Origin: an uncultured Gammaproteobacteria bacterium
Lineage (GTDB): Bacteria > Patescibacteriota > Microgenomatia > UBA12405
Assembly (NCBI GenBank): GCA_964558195.1
Contig: CAZLCB010000002.1
Span: 1-43,524 of the forward strand
Reading direction: 5' to 3'
Length of the DNA: 43,524 nucleotides
Shown: positions 33,840 through 41,472 of the stretch, one piece after another
How the letters are laid out: each line of letters begins with the position of its first letter
Numbering within the stretch: the stretch's first letter is position 1
Notes under the pieces: generated by a model
The model's input: the letters and a program-made list of their open reading frames with translations, nothing else
The model's database searches: none
Told to the model about the DNA's origin: nothing
Translations under genes and position numbers: made by a program

Positions 33840-34355
33840 ATGATAGAAAATATTAATTATGAACAAGAAATCCAATCTGTTGATCAAACGGTTGCAAAAC
33901 AGGGAAGTAAATATTGGGATGAAATTGGTATTAGATGTAGATGGGAACTTCATTCGCTACCAGAATATATAGATGGAGATGAACTTTTGAGTATGGGTGT
34001 GATGGAGAAGATGATGGCTATTTCAAATGTGGAATGTCTGGGTGATTTTACTGCCAGTTTAGTCGAGGGGTACAGTACTGAGAGTGGAGGTAAAGAACAT
34101 TATCGGTTTTCTGTAATATTTGGAGATGGGAGCGATAATAAAAAATTTAGTTATTTGAGAGAATATACAGCAACAACTGAACATGGAGAAATAACTGGTA
34201 TGGTTCAATCTACTGTTGGGTTGTCTGTTGAATCAGAAGATAAACACTTTGATATATCTAAAAGGATCGCTGATGTTTATGTTGAGGATATGGAGGCAAT
34301 GTATACAGATTGGAAAAATTGCTGGAGCGAAGGTCATTTTGTGATAGCAAGGTAA
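33840..34355 (+). CDS. hypothetical protein
   Basis: 171-aa ORF. TATAAT at 33825-33830 is exactly 9 nt before the ATG. Confidence 0.45.
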   Translation: MIENINYEQEIQSVDQTVAKQGSKYWDEIGIRCRWELHSLPEYIDGDELLSMGVMEKMMAISNVECLGDFTASLVEGYSTESGGKEHYRFSVIFGDGSDNKKFSYLREYTATTEHGEITGMVQSTVGLSVESEDKHFDISKRIADVYVEDMEAMYTDWKNCWSEGHFVIAR

Positions 34356-34382
34356 TTTATTTTGATAAATCAAAAACCCCTC

Positions 34383-34406
34383 CGAAAGGAGGGGTTTAAA
34401 GTTTAA
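34383..34406. terminator. bidirectional terminator AAACCCCTCC GAAA GGAGGGGTTT
   Basis: Perfect stem flanked by an A run and a T run. It sits between the convergent genes 33840-34355 and rplL. Confidence 0.85.
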
Positions 34407-34419
34407 GTAAGAATTAAAA

Positions 34420-34809
34420 TTATTTTAATTCAACTTGAGCGCCGGCGGCTTCTAATTTTGCTTTAGCATCATTAGCAGCATCTTTTTTCATAGTACCGAG
34501 AGAAGCTGGGGTAGCATCGACCATATCTTTAGCTTCTTTCAAACCTAATTCTGGTTTGAATTCACGGACAACTTTGATAACAGCGATTTTGTTGGTACCA
34601 CCAGAAGTGATGACAACATCAAATTCACTCTTTTCTTCAGCAGCAGGAGCAGCAGCACCAGCAGCAGGAGCAGCAGCGGCAGCAGGAGCGACAGCGACAG
34701 CTTTGACATCGAATTTTTCTTCGATACCTTTAACGAGTTCAGACAATTCTAAAACTGAAAGTTCAGAAATAGAATCTAATATTTTTTGCAATTTTGCAGA
34801 AAGTTCCAT
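34420..34809 (-). CDS. rplL: 50S ribosomal protein L7/L12
   Basis: N-terminal dimerisation helix, Ala/Pro hinge ([17 protein letters not shown]), and the C-terminal domain [20 protein letters not shown]. Confidence 0.97.
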   Translation of the reverse strand: MELSAKLQKILDSISELSVLELSELVKGIEEKFDVKAVAVAPAAAAAPAAGAAAPAAEEKSEFDVVITSGGTNKIAVIKVVREFKPELGLKEAKDMVDATPASLGTMKKDAANDAKAKLEAAGAQVELK

Positions 34810-34910
34810 ATTTTTGTTTTATAATTAATAATTTTAATTTTCGAATTTTCAAAATCCAGTTTTCAATGAATGAATTAATTATTTAATTTTTTAATTAAAA
34901 CATTAATAAA

Positions 34911-34943
34911 TTGATTGGTATTTGAAAATTGTAAATTGGTAAT
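34911..34943 (+). repeat. heptamer-periodic block (GATTGGT ATTTGAA AATTGTA AATTGGT)
   Basis: Read directly in the rplJ-rplL spacer. Confidence 0.55.
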
Positions 34944-35462
34944 TTAATTTTGCTCTTGTTTGTCAGCAACGGCTTTAAGAGCTAAAGCGAGTTGGGTTTG
35001 GTTATATTTCAAACCATAAGCAAGACGTTGTAAAGGATTGACTAATCCACCTAAAAGTTGAGCCATGAGGGCTGATTTGGATGGAAGAGAAATGAATTGC
35101 TTAAGTTCATCAAATCCGAGAAGCTTTTTGTCGTAGACACCGTATTTGAAGGTGATGAAATCATGATCTTTGTTGACTTTATCAATCTCTTTTAAAGGAT
35201 TGACTTCATCTTCGTTACAGAAGGTGATGGCGGTTGGGCCAGTCAAAGTTTCAGGGAGAGTAATACCGATGTTGGCAAAAGCACGAGCAATAAGGCTGTT
35301 TTTGACAACTTCAATTTTACCGCCCGCAGCACGAACGTTATCGCGAAGAGCAGAAACGTCAGCAGCGTTGAGACCCTGATACTGAATCAAAGCACAAGAT
35401 TTAGCACTTTCAAGCTTGCTGGTGATATCAGCGACTTGATCTATTTTGGCTTGATTTGGCAT
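34944..35462 (-). CDS. rplJ: 50S ribosomal protein L10
   Basis: 172 aa. Position immediately upstream of rplL and L10-like sequence (ALIQYQGLNAADVSALR). Confidence 0.92.
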   Translation of the reverse strand: MPNQAKIDQVADITSKLESAKSCALIQYQGLNAADVSALRDNVRAAGGKIEVVKNSLIARAFANIGITLPETLTGPTAITFCNEDEVNPLKEIDKVNKDHDFITFKYGVYDKKLLGFDELKQFISLPSKSALMAQLLGGLVNPLQRLAYGLKYNQTQLALALKAVADKQEQN

Positions 35463-35600
35463 TTATCTTTTAAATTAGTAATTTACCGAAATTGAGGCTT
35501 TTAAAAAGAAAAAGGCCTCGGTAACCGAGGCGCAGATAAAACAAAATTAGATTGTTTTAACCTCGGTGGGACTTATTGGTATGCCTACTATCTTCGGTTG
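35463..35600 (-). promoter_or_regulatory. structured rplJ 5' leader (possible L10 autoregulatory leader)
   Basis: Stems such as GCCTCGG TAA CCGAGGC (about 35513-35529) and a repeated CCGAGG/CCTCGG. Assignment to the L10-leader class rests only on position. Confidence 0.35.
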
Positions 35601-35663
35601 ATGGGGAATTATAACAAAAATATATTAGCTTGTCAGTATGTCAGTTTTTCAGCTAATCAGACT

Positions 35664-35730
35664 AAAAAAAAAGGAACTATGGGTGTTGCGAAATGTGGAT
35701 CTTACGATCAATCACAAAATACAACACCCA
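35664..35730 (-). terminator. long-loop hairpin plus T run downstream of 35799-36032
   Basis: TGGGTGTTG (35680-35688) pairs with CAACACCCA (35722-35730). On the minus strand this is followed by T9 (A run at 35664-35672). Confidence 0.55.
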
Positions 35731-35798
35731 CAGAGTGGAAAGATTTATGGCTTATGGTCAAATACGCTCTTTCCGGGCGTTGGGTTCAGGTTTTGTGG

Positions 35799-36032
35799 TT
35801 AGTAACAGATGAAGAGTTGCAGTTCGAATCTTTTTGCGAGCTCTTCGACCTCTAGCCGGTGGCTGTCGAGATAGGCAATGCCGCCCTCACCGTCGATTTC
35901 TGCGTGAACACCTTTCGTCTTGAGGGTACCGATAAGATCGGATATTACCCCCAAAGAGGCTTTGCGTTTCAGCGCTTCTTCTTCTGTCTTGGGTGGACGC
36001 GTGGTGGCAGGGATGACAATAGATCGTTCCAT
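35799..36032 (-). CDS. hypothetical small protein (GC-rich orphan unit)
   Basis: GGAGGAG SD 9 nt upstream. Leader hairpin at 36065-36081. About 50 percent GC. The leader is homologous to that of 36832-37116. Confidence 0.55.
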   Translation of the reverse strand: MERSIVIPATTRPPKTEEEALKRKASLGVISDLIGTLKTKGVHAEIDGEGGIAYLDSHRLEVEELAKRFELQLFICY

Positions 36033-36206
36033 CTGACTGTTCTCCTCCGCGACTTATATTCCTACACCGAAAGTTTCGGTGCTAGGTACGAGGGCTTAAA
36101 GTGCGAAAAACCTGATTTATATTTTTAGAAAAAATATGCAAATTATATATTCCCAAAAATATGGGATATTTTAATATTTTGATAGTGAATGGTCAAGAGG
36201 GGAGAA

Positions 36207-36259
36207 ATAAAAACCCGCTACTAGCAATTTTGTCTCGCGACAATATTGTTTTGGCGGGT
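36207..36259 (-). terminator. long hairpin with GCGA tetraloop plus T run downstream of 36273-36665
   Basis: On the minus strand: ACCCGC...CAATATTGTC GCGA GACAAAATTG...GCGGGT followed by TTTTTAT. Confidence 0.6.
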
Positions 36260-36272
36260 AAAGCCGAGATAT

Positions 36273-36665
36273 TCAGTTGACCTGAAAATCTTTGGTGTTG
36301 ATGAACGAGAAAAGGATACCGGTTTTGGTTCTGAATGGAAGGTTGATGATAAAGTCATTGAAGATTTCTAACTGAATCTTTCTGGTAAATTCGAAAATAT
36401 TAGTGATTTCATCGAGTTCACCGTTGGATAGTTGGTCGAGTACATCCCAGAATAATTTGGCGTCCTTGGGGGCTCCGGTAGCGGCGGTTCTTTCGTACTT
36501 GGCAATTGTTGTTTTGAGCAACTGATTGTCGGGAGGATTAACCAAAAATTTGGTTAATGTTAAGTCGATAGCCTTGTCGTCGGTCTCTATATAACCATCG
36601 AATACCAGAATCAGATTAGTCTTCTTACGATCGTTGGTGATCATGAGAGAAGATATGTACTTCAT
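36273..36665 (-). CDS. hypothetical protein (orphan unit)
   Basis: 130-aa ORF with a GAAGGA SD 7 nt upstream. It has its own CCTATAAT promoter-like box and its own terminator. Confidence 0.55.
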   Translation of the reverse strand: MKYISSLMITNDRKKTNLILVFDGYIETDDKAIDLTLTKFLVNPPDNQLLKTTIAKYERTAATGAPKDAKLFWDVLDQLSNGELDEITNIFEFTRKIQLEIFNDFIINLPFRTKTGILFSFINTKDFQVN

Positions 36666-36760
36666 GGGTGGATCCTTCTTTCTTTTTAAAATGTGCTTGC
36701 TGTTAAGCCTGGTATTTTAACTCTTTACAGAAGATTTTTCAAATTATAGGATATTTTTGA

Positions 36761-36828
36761 CAAAAAAGAGGCCCGCAATAAACAAAATCCCAATGAAGGG
36801 AAAATGCCTATTGCGGGCGCATGGGGTT
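36761..36828 (-). terminator. long-loop hairpin plus T run downstream of 36832-37116
   Basis: GCCCGCAATA (36771-36780) pairs with TATTGCGGGC (36819-36828). On the minus strand this is followed by CTCTTTTTTG. Confidence 0.55.
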
Positions 36829-36831
36829 TGT

Positions 36832-37116
36832 CTAAACGGGTGCAGTGAACAAGGTTACGGGGGTGATCGGCCGATCAGACTTACGGGTGTAAAACAGGTG
36901 ATACCCGTAAGTGGTGATAGCTTGACTGATATTCTCACGTTCATCTTCCGGGAACGTGATGGTGTCTGTTCCTTGGCTGATGCGTATGTCGCTGTTGGGA
37001 TGCCTAGTTTTGAAATCGGTGACGAAATTCAAGAGATCGTCTCCGATGACCTTGTCGTTGAGTGCCTGTAATGTTGAGACACAGGGATGTCGGGTGAGCA
37101 GTGCTGTTTTAGACAT
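36832..37116 (-). CDS. hypothetical small protein (GC-rich orphan unit)
   Basis: AGGAGGT SD 10 nt upstream and leader hairpin at 37143-37160. Chosen over the antisense ORFs 36757-37071 and 36956-37180 because of these signals. Confidence 0.5.
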   Translation of the reverse strand: MSKTALLTRHPCVSTLQALNDKVIGDDLLNFVTDFKTRHPNSDIRISQGTDTITFPEDERENISQAITTYGYHLFYTRKSDRPITPVTLFTAPV

Positions 37117-37302
37117 ACGGCTTCCAACCTCCTTTTATTACCACACCGAGGTATCGGTGTTGGCTTCTATATTTAAATAAACCCAAAATCTGAATGTGCG
37201 AAAAAACTTTATTTTTATAAATTGCTTTAATCTATATTTAAAGTTTTGTATGAAGTGAAGTTTAGTTTAAATAAAGGGGAAAGTCAAGATTATAGGACAA
37301 AA

Positions 37303-37340
37303 ATTAATTACTAATTACGAATTATTAATTACTAATTAAG
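37303..37340 (+). repeat. heptamer-periodic block (TTAATTA CTAATTA CGAATTA TTAATTA CTAATTA)
   Basis: Read directly upstream of the hydrolase gene. Confidence 0.7.
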
Positions 37341-37358
37341 TTATAAAATAAGATAGTG

Positions 37359-38435
37359 ATGAAGATTTTAAAATTTATCGGAATATTTATTTTATTTTTG
37401 GGGATAGGTGTGGGGTTGGGAAAATTTTTGAATAAAAAAACCGGTTGGTTGTCACCATTGGGAACAAAAATTGTAAATCGAGAAAAACCAAAAGAGAAAA
37501 ATACTGGTTACTTGGCTAAATATAATTTTGAAAATTTAAAAAAAATAGAACCTCAAACATCAGAAATTAAGATTGTAGAAGAAAATAAGGTTTTGGAAGA
37601 GGCGAGGAAAAATTTGATTAAGGCTTATGATAAAGAGGGGATTAAAAAAGAAAATAATTTTACTAGCTATATAATTACTTTTGAAAGTAATGGAAAAAAA
37701 ATAAGCGGAATGATGAATGTGCCCGCCGACAGCTCCGCAGTCTTGGCGGGTAAACCGGCAATCATTATGATTCGGGGTTATGCCGAATCGACGGGTTATT
37801 TTGTAGGGTCTGGAAGTTGGAAAGCAGCTGATGAATTGGCGAGGAATGGTTTTGTAACTATAAGTTTGGATTTTTTGGGGTATGGATTGTCTGATGGTGA
37901 ATCGAAAGATATTTTGGAAGCTAGGTTTGAAAAACCAATAAGTGTGTTGGATTTGATTGCGGCAGTGAAAAAAATAGATTATGTGGATGGGACAAAAATT
38001 GGAATTTGGTCGCATAGCAATGGAGGGCAAATTGCTATTTCGGTCTTGGAAATAACGGGAGAAAATTATCCGACAGTGCTGTGGGCGCCAATGACTAATC
38101 CATTTCCTCAAAGTATTTTAGAGACGATGGATGATAGTGAGGGTGGAAAAATTGTGAAACAAAAAATTGCTGATTTTGAAGAAGATTATGATAGCAAACT
38201 TTATTCAATCGATAATTTTTATGAATGGATTAAAACACCAATTTTGATTCATCAAGGAACGGCTGATGTGTGGTGTAAAGTGGAATGGCAAGAGAATTTA
38301 AAAGATAAATTAACCAAATTAGGGAAAGAGGTGGAGTTGGATGTAAGGCAGGGAAATGATCATAATTTAAAACAATCGTGGGATGAAGTAATAAAAATGG
38401 ATGTGGAGTTTTTTAGAGAAAAGTTTGGAATGTAA
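37359..38435 (+). CDS. alpha/beta hydrolase (prolyl oligopeptidase/dienelactone hydrolase-like), membrane anchored
   Basis: N-terminal TM helix. Nucleophile elbow GIWSHSNGG and later D and H candidates (GTADVW, GNDHNL). Confidence 0.7.
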   Translation: MKILKFIGIFILFLGIGVGLGKFLNKKTGWLSPLGTKIVNREKPKEKNTGYLAKYNFENLKKIEPQTSEIKIVEENKVLEEARKNLIKAYDKEGIKKENNFTSYIITFESNGKKISGMMNVPADSSAVLAGKPAIIMIRGYAESTGYFVGSGSWKAADELARNGFVTISLDFLGYGLSDGESKDILEARFEKPISVLDLIAAVKKIDYVDGTKIGIWSHSNGGQIAISVLEITGENYPTVLWAPMTNPFPQSILETMDDSEGGKIVKQKIADFEEDYDSKLYSIDNFYEWIKTPILIHQGTADVWCKVEWQENLKDKLTKLGKEVELDVRQGNDHNLKQSWDEVIKMDVEFFREKFGM

Positions 38436-38528
38436 ACCCTTCCTAAATCCTTCCCTTGACAGGGCAGGACTTAATAAATTTTTATTTTCCCTTGCCCTGT
38501 CAAGGGAAAGGGGTAGGGGTTAGGGTTT
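38434..38528. repeat. 95-nt imperfect inverted repeat with AAACCCT/AGGGTTT termini
   Basis: Arms are AAACCCTTCCTAAATCCTTCCCTTGACAGGGCAGG and CCCTTGCCCTGTCAAGGGAAAGGGGTAGGGGTTAGGGTTT around an AT-rich loop. It begins inside the hydrolase stop codon. Confidence 0.8.
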
Positions 38529-38619
38529 AAAGAATTTATTATTGAGAAAAAGAGTTGACCTTTTAGAGAGAAATATCCTGATTTATTGAGGCAAAATGTT
38601 TGTTACAATAGGTTTAGAT

Positions 38620-39192
38620 ATGCAAATATATTTTGTAGCCTCATCTAGATTAGTGGGCAAGGATAAAGAACTTTATTCATTGATGTATAAAACAATTTCG
38701 ACTGAGCATAAAATGGTGAGTGATAAGGTTTGGAGATGGGTGAAAAGCGGTGTAGAAGATTTGAGGGGTGATCCACAGGCAAAAAAAGAAAATTACAATG
38801 AAACTTTGAAATGTATTAATAAATCAGATATTGTGATTATGGAAATTTCCGGGCACAGTATGTCGATGGGCTATATTTTGAGTAAAGCTTTGGAAATTAA
38901 CAAACCGGTGATTGCCATGTATAAGGAAGAAATGGAACCGGTGTTTATAGCTGGTATGGATGATCCAAAATTGATTTTGGCAAAATATACTTCGGCTAAT
39001 GTAGAGAAAACTATTTGGGAGTCGATAAAAAAAGCTAAAGGTTTGATTGATGTTCGTTTTAATTTTTTTGTGTCACCAAAAATTTTGACTTATTTGGATT
39101 GGGTAGGGCAGAAAAGAATGATTCCAAAATCAGTTTTTTTAAGAAACTTGATTGAAAGAGAAATGAAAAAGGATAGGGATTTTAGAGGGTAA
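38620..39192 (+). CDS. nucleoside 2-deoxyribosyltransferase/DNPH1(Rcl)-like domain fused to a C-terminal ribbon-helix-helix-like segment
   Basis: MQIYFVASSR... and SDIVIMEISGHSMSMGYILSKALEINKPVIAMY resemble the Rcl/NDT fold motifs. The tail VRFNFFVSPKILTYLDWVGQKRMIPKSVFLRNLIEREM fits the RHH pattern. ATG 38620 is preferred. Confidence 0.5.
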   Translation: MQIYFVASSRLVGKDKELYSLMYKTISTEHKMVSDKVWRWVKSGVEDLRGDPQAKKENYNETLKCINKSDIVIMEISGHSMSMGYILSKALEINKPVIAMYKEEMEPVFIAGMDDPKLILAKYTSANVEKTIWESIKKAKGLIDVRFNFFVSPKILTYLDWVGQKRMIPKSVFLRNLIEREMKKDRDFRG

Positions 39193-39194
39193 GG

Positions 39195-40430
39195 TTATTG
39201 ATTTTCTTGTTTGAATTTGGCTTTGGTTTTGAGCCACCAGGGGGATTGACGGCAGAGTTTTGAGGAATCTTTTGGGTCGGATAAAATGTTTTTGACTAAT
39301 TCTTCCAAGTAAATCGTGTTCTGAGAACCTTTGACTAAAATAGTTTCGCCGCCTTTGATGTTATTTTTGAGATAATCAACAGCCTGCCACCAATAAGTAA
39401 ATTTTTGGGATTTGGGTCCAAAGTATTTTTTGGTTTGAGGGCCGATAGAAATTATAATGTCGGTGGATTTGGTAGCAATTTCATAGATACGACGGTGTTC
39501 AAAAGGTGTAGATTTGCCCAATTCTCTCATGTCTCCTAACACGGCTATTTTTTTTGTTTTAAAAGTGGAAAGAAATTTTAGCAATTCTTGACAGGCAAGT
39601 GGGGAGGAGTTGTAAGAGCTATCAATAATAGTAGTATCTTTGATACCTTTGAGGATTGAAGATCGTGAAGGAGGTAAAGAAAAATTATTTTGGATATTTT
39701 CGATAGCCTGTTTTTGGGGAAGATTAAAAAGTTTGGCCAAAGCCAGAGCTGCACCAAAACCAACGTCGTAAACTGGGGGAAGGAAAAAGTTTTTAAATTT
39801 AATATTAGTTGGTTCAAGATTAATAATATTTGAGTTAGTGGTATATTTGACAACCAATTTATCGTGAGGATTGATAATAGCAACTTTGGCTTGGTTGACT
39901 AATTTAGATTTTTCGGTGGCAATTTGATCAAGTGAATCAAAACACATCATATGAACTGAACTAACGTTGAGAAAAATACCAATATTAGGTTTGACAATGG
40001 ATAAAAGATAATCCATGTTTTTGGGCCAGGCAGCAGAATCAATACCCATTTCTAAAATTAAGATATCGTAAGATTTCCAATTAGTTAAATATTTGATGGG
40101 AGTAAGAATTAAGATTTTGAGCCAGGAAATGGGATGGTAGTCGTTGATTTTAAGATCAAGAAAACTTAAAGGGAGACCAGACTCAGAATTACAACCGTTG
40201 TTGGTTTTGACTTTAATATTTTTGGGAAAAACTGATTGACAAGCCAAGAGAGTGGAACTTTTGCCGGCTGATCCGGTAATACCAACAATGTCCAACTGTT
40301 TATGCTTCTTCTTTTGAAGAAAATGAACTTTTTTGAGTTGGAGTTGAGCAAAGAAACGGATATAGTTTAGAACAAAAAGAGATAGATATTTTTTCACTAA
40401 ACATATTTTATCAGGTATAATGGAATTCAT
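39195..40430 (-). CDS. murF: Mur ligase family protein, MurF-like (UDP-MurNAc-tripeptide--D-Ala-D-Ala ligase)
   Basis: P-loop IVGITGSAGKSST and Mur ligase central and C-terminal domain patterns (DSSYNSSP, VLGDMRELG). Adjacent to ddl. The N-terminal domain is short, so the substrate assignment is tentative. Confidence 0.6.
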   Translation of the reverse strand: MNSIIPDKICLVKKYLSLFVLNYIRFFAQLQLKKVHFLQKKKHKQLDIVGITGSAGKSSTLLACQSVFPKNIKVKTNNGCNSESGLPLSFLDLKINDYHPISWLKILILTPIKYLTNWKSYDILILEMGIDSAAWPKNMDYLLSIVKPNIGIFLNVSSVHMMCFDSLDQIATEKSKLVNQAKVAIINPHDKLVVKYTTNSNIINLEPTNIKFKNFFLPPVYDVGFGAALALAKLFNLPQKQAIENIQNNFSLPPSRSSILKGIKDTTIIDSSYNSSPLACQELLKFLSTFKTKKIAVLGDMRELGKSTPFEHRRIYEIATKSTDIIISIGPQTKKYFGPKSQKFTYWWQAVDYLKNNIKGGETILVKGSQNTIYLEELVKNILSDPKDSSKLCRQSPWWLKTKAKFKQENQ

Positions 40431-41351
40431 ATGAAAAAGATTAAGGTTTTACTCTTAATGGGTGGTGGTGGAAGCGAACACGAAGTGTCTTTGTCTTCGG
40501 GCGAACAAGTATTGAAAAATTTTGATAAAGAAAAATATGAAGTAATTCCGATGGTGATGGAGGCTCAAAATTTGGATTTGGCAAAAGTAAAAGAAATTGC
40601 ACCGGATTTAGTCTTTATTGCCCTTCATGGCGGAGTGGGTGAGGATGGAACAATTCAAAAAATATTTGAGGATGAAGGAATTAAATTTATCGGCTGTGGA
40701 TCGGAAGCGTCACAAATTGGGATGGATAAAATTAAATTTTTGGAATTAGTGAAAAAAAATGGAATACCGGTACCTAAGGGGTTAAATATAACCAAAGGTG
40801 AATTGGTTGATTTGGATGTGGTAAAAGAATTGGGAGATAAGTGGGTGGTTAAGCCGGCTGGTCAAGGATCAAGTGTAGGGGTAACTATAATTGATAATTT
40901 AGATAAATTAGATGAAGCTTTGGAAGAATCTTTTAAATATGAAGAGAGAGCGATAATTGAAGAATTTTTACCAGGAATGGAAGTGTCGTGTGGAATTGTA
41001 GGAAATGAAGATCCACTAGCTTTGCCGGTAATTGAAATTTGTCCTAAAAATAATTTTTTTGATTATGAGGCAAAGTATACAGCAGGGAAGTGTGAAGAAA
41101 TTGTGCCAGCTAGACTAAGTGAAGAAACGACGAAAAAAATTCAAGAGTATGCATTGAAAGTTTTTGAATTAGTGGGAGCTAGAGGTTTTATTAGGGTCGA
41201 TTTTGTGGTGAAAGATGAAAATCCGATAATTTTGGAAATGAATACAATTCCAGGATTAACACCAAATTCGTTGTTACCTAAAGAAGCAAAAGCGGCAGGA
41301 ATAGAATATGCCCAATTGTTGGATAAAATGATTGAGTTGGCGCTGGAGTAA
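40431..41351 (+). CDS. ddl: D-alanine--D-alanine ligase
   Basis: KVLLLMGGGGSEHEVSLSSG, HGGVGEDGTIQ, ATP-grasp core (KPAGQGSSVGV) and C-terminal EMNTIPGLT. Confidence 0.93.
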   Translation: MKKIKVLLLMGGGGSEHEVSLSSGEQVLKNFDKEKYEVIPMVMEAQNLDLAKVKEIAPDLVFIALHGGVGEDGTIQKIFEDEGIKFIGCGSEASQIGMDKIKFLELVKKNGIPVPKGLNITKGELVDLDVVKELGDKWVVKPAGQGSSVGVTIIDNLDKLDEALEESFKYEERAIIEEFLPGMEVSCGIVGNEDPLALPVIEICPKNNFFDYEAKYTAGKCEEIVPARLSEETTKKIQEYALKVFELVGARGFIRVDFVVKDENPIILEMNTIPGLTPNSLLPKEAKAAGIEYAQLLDKMIELALE

Positions 41352-41442
41352 AAAGTTTTTCAGCTTGTCAGATTATCAGCTATTCAGTAAAACAACCAAA
41401 AACCCCTCCTTTCGGAGGGATTAAAGTTTAAAAAAGGAATCG

Positions 41443-41460
41443 ATCCCGCAGTGGCGGGAT
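41443..41460 (-). terminator. terminator downstream of rplA (ATCCCGC AGTG GCGGGAT)
   Basis: 7-bp GC stem followed on the minus strand by CGATTCCTTTTTT. A second hairpin, CCCTCC TTTC GGAGGG, lies at 41404-41419. Confidence 0.65.
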
Positions 41461-41472
41461 TTCGGTTAAGTT

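Noticed and set aside
35859-36128. Plus-strand ORFs 35598-35855, 35859-36128, 36757-37071 and 36956-37180 in the orphan-gene trio region
   Set aside because: They are antisense to, or overlap, the minus-strand ORFs. The minus-strand ORFs have strong SDs, leader hairpins and terminators. The plus-strand ORFs lack SDs and run through promoter and terminator structures.
37560-38111. 183-aa minus-strand ORF inside the hydrolase gene, and similar shadow ORFs (149-559, 378-825, 2097-3194, 10291-10710, 42470-43048 and others)
   Set aside because: They are fully embedded in or out of frame with well-supported genes, and their translations are low complexity.
38505-38528. Telomere-like GGGTTAGGGTTT (TTAGGG/TTTAGGG) at the end of the 95-nt inverted repeat
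   Set aside because: It is a single occurrence that forms one arm of a bacterial hairpin repeat. There is no tandem array and it is not at a sequence end.
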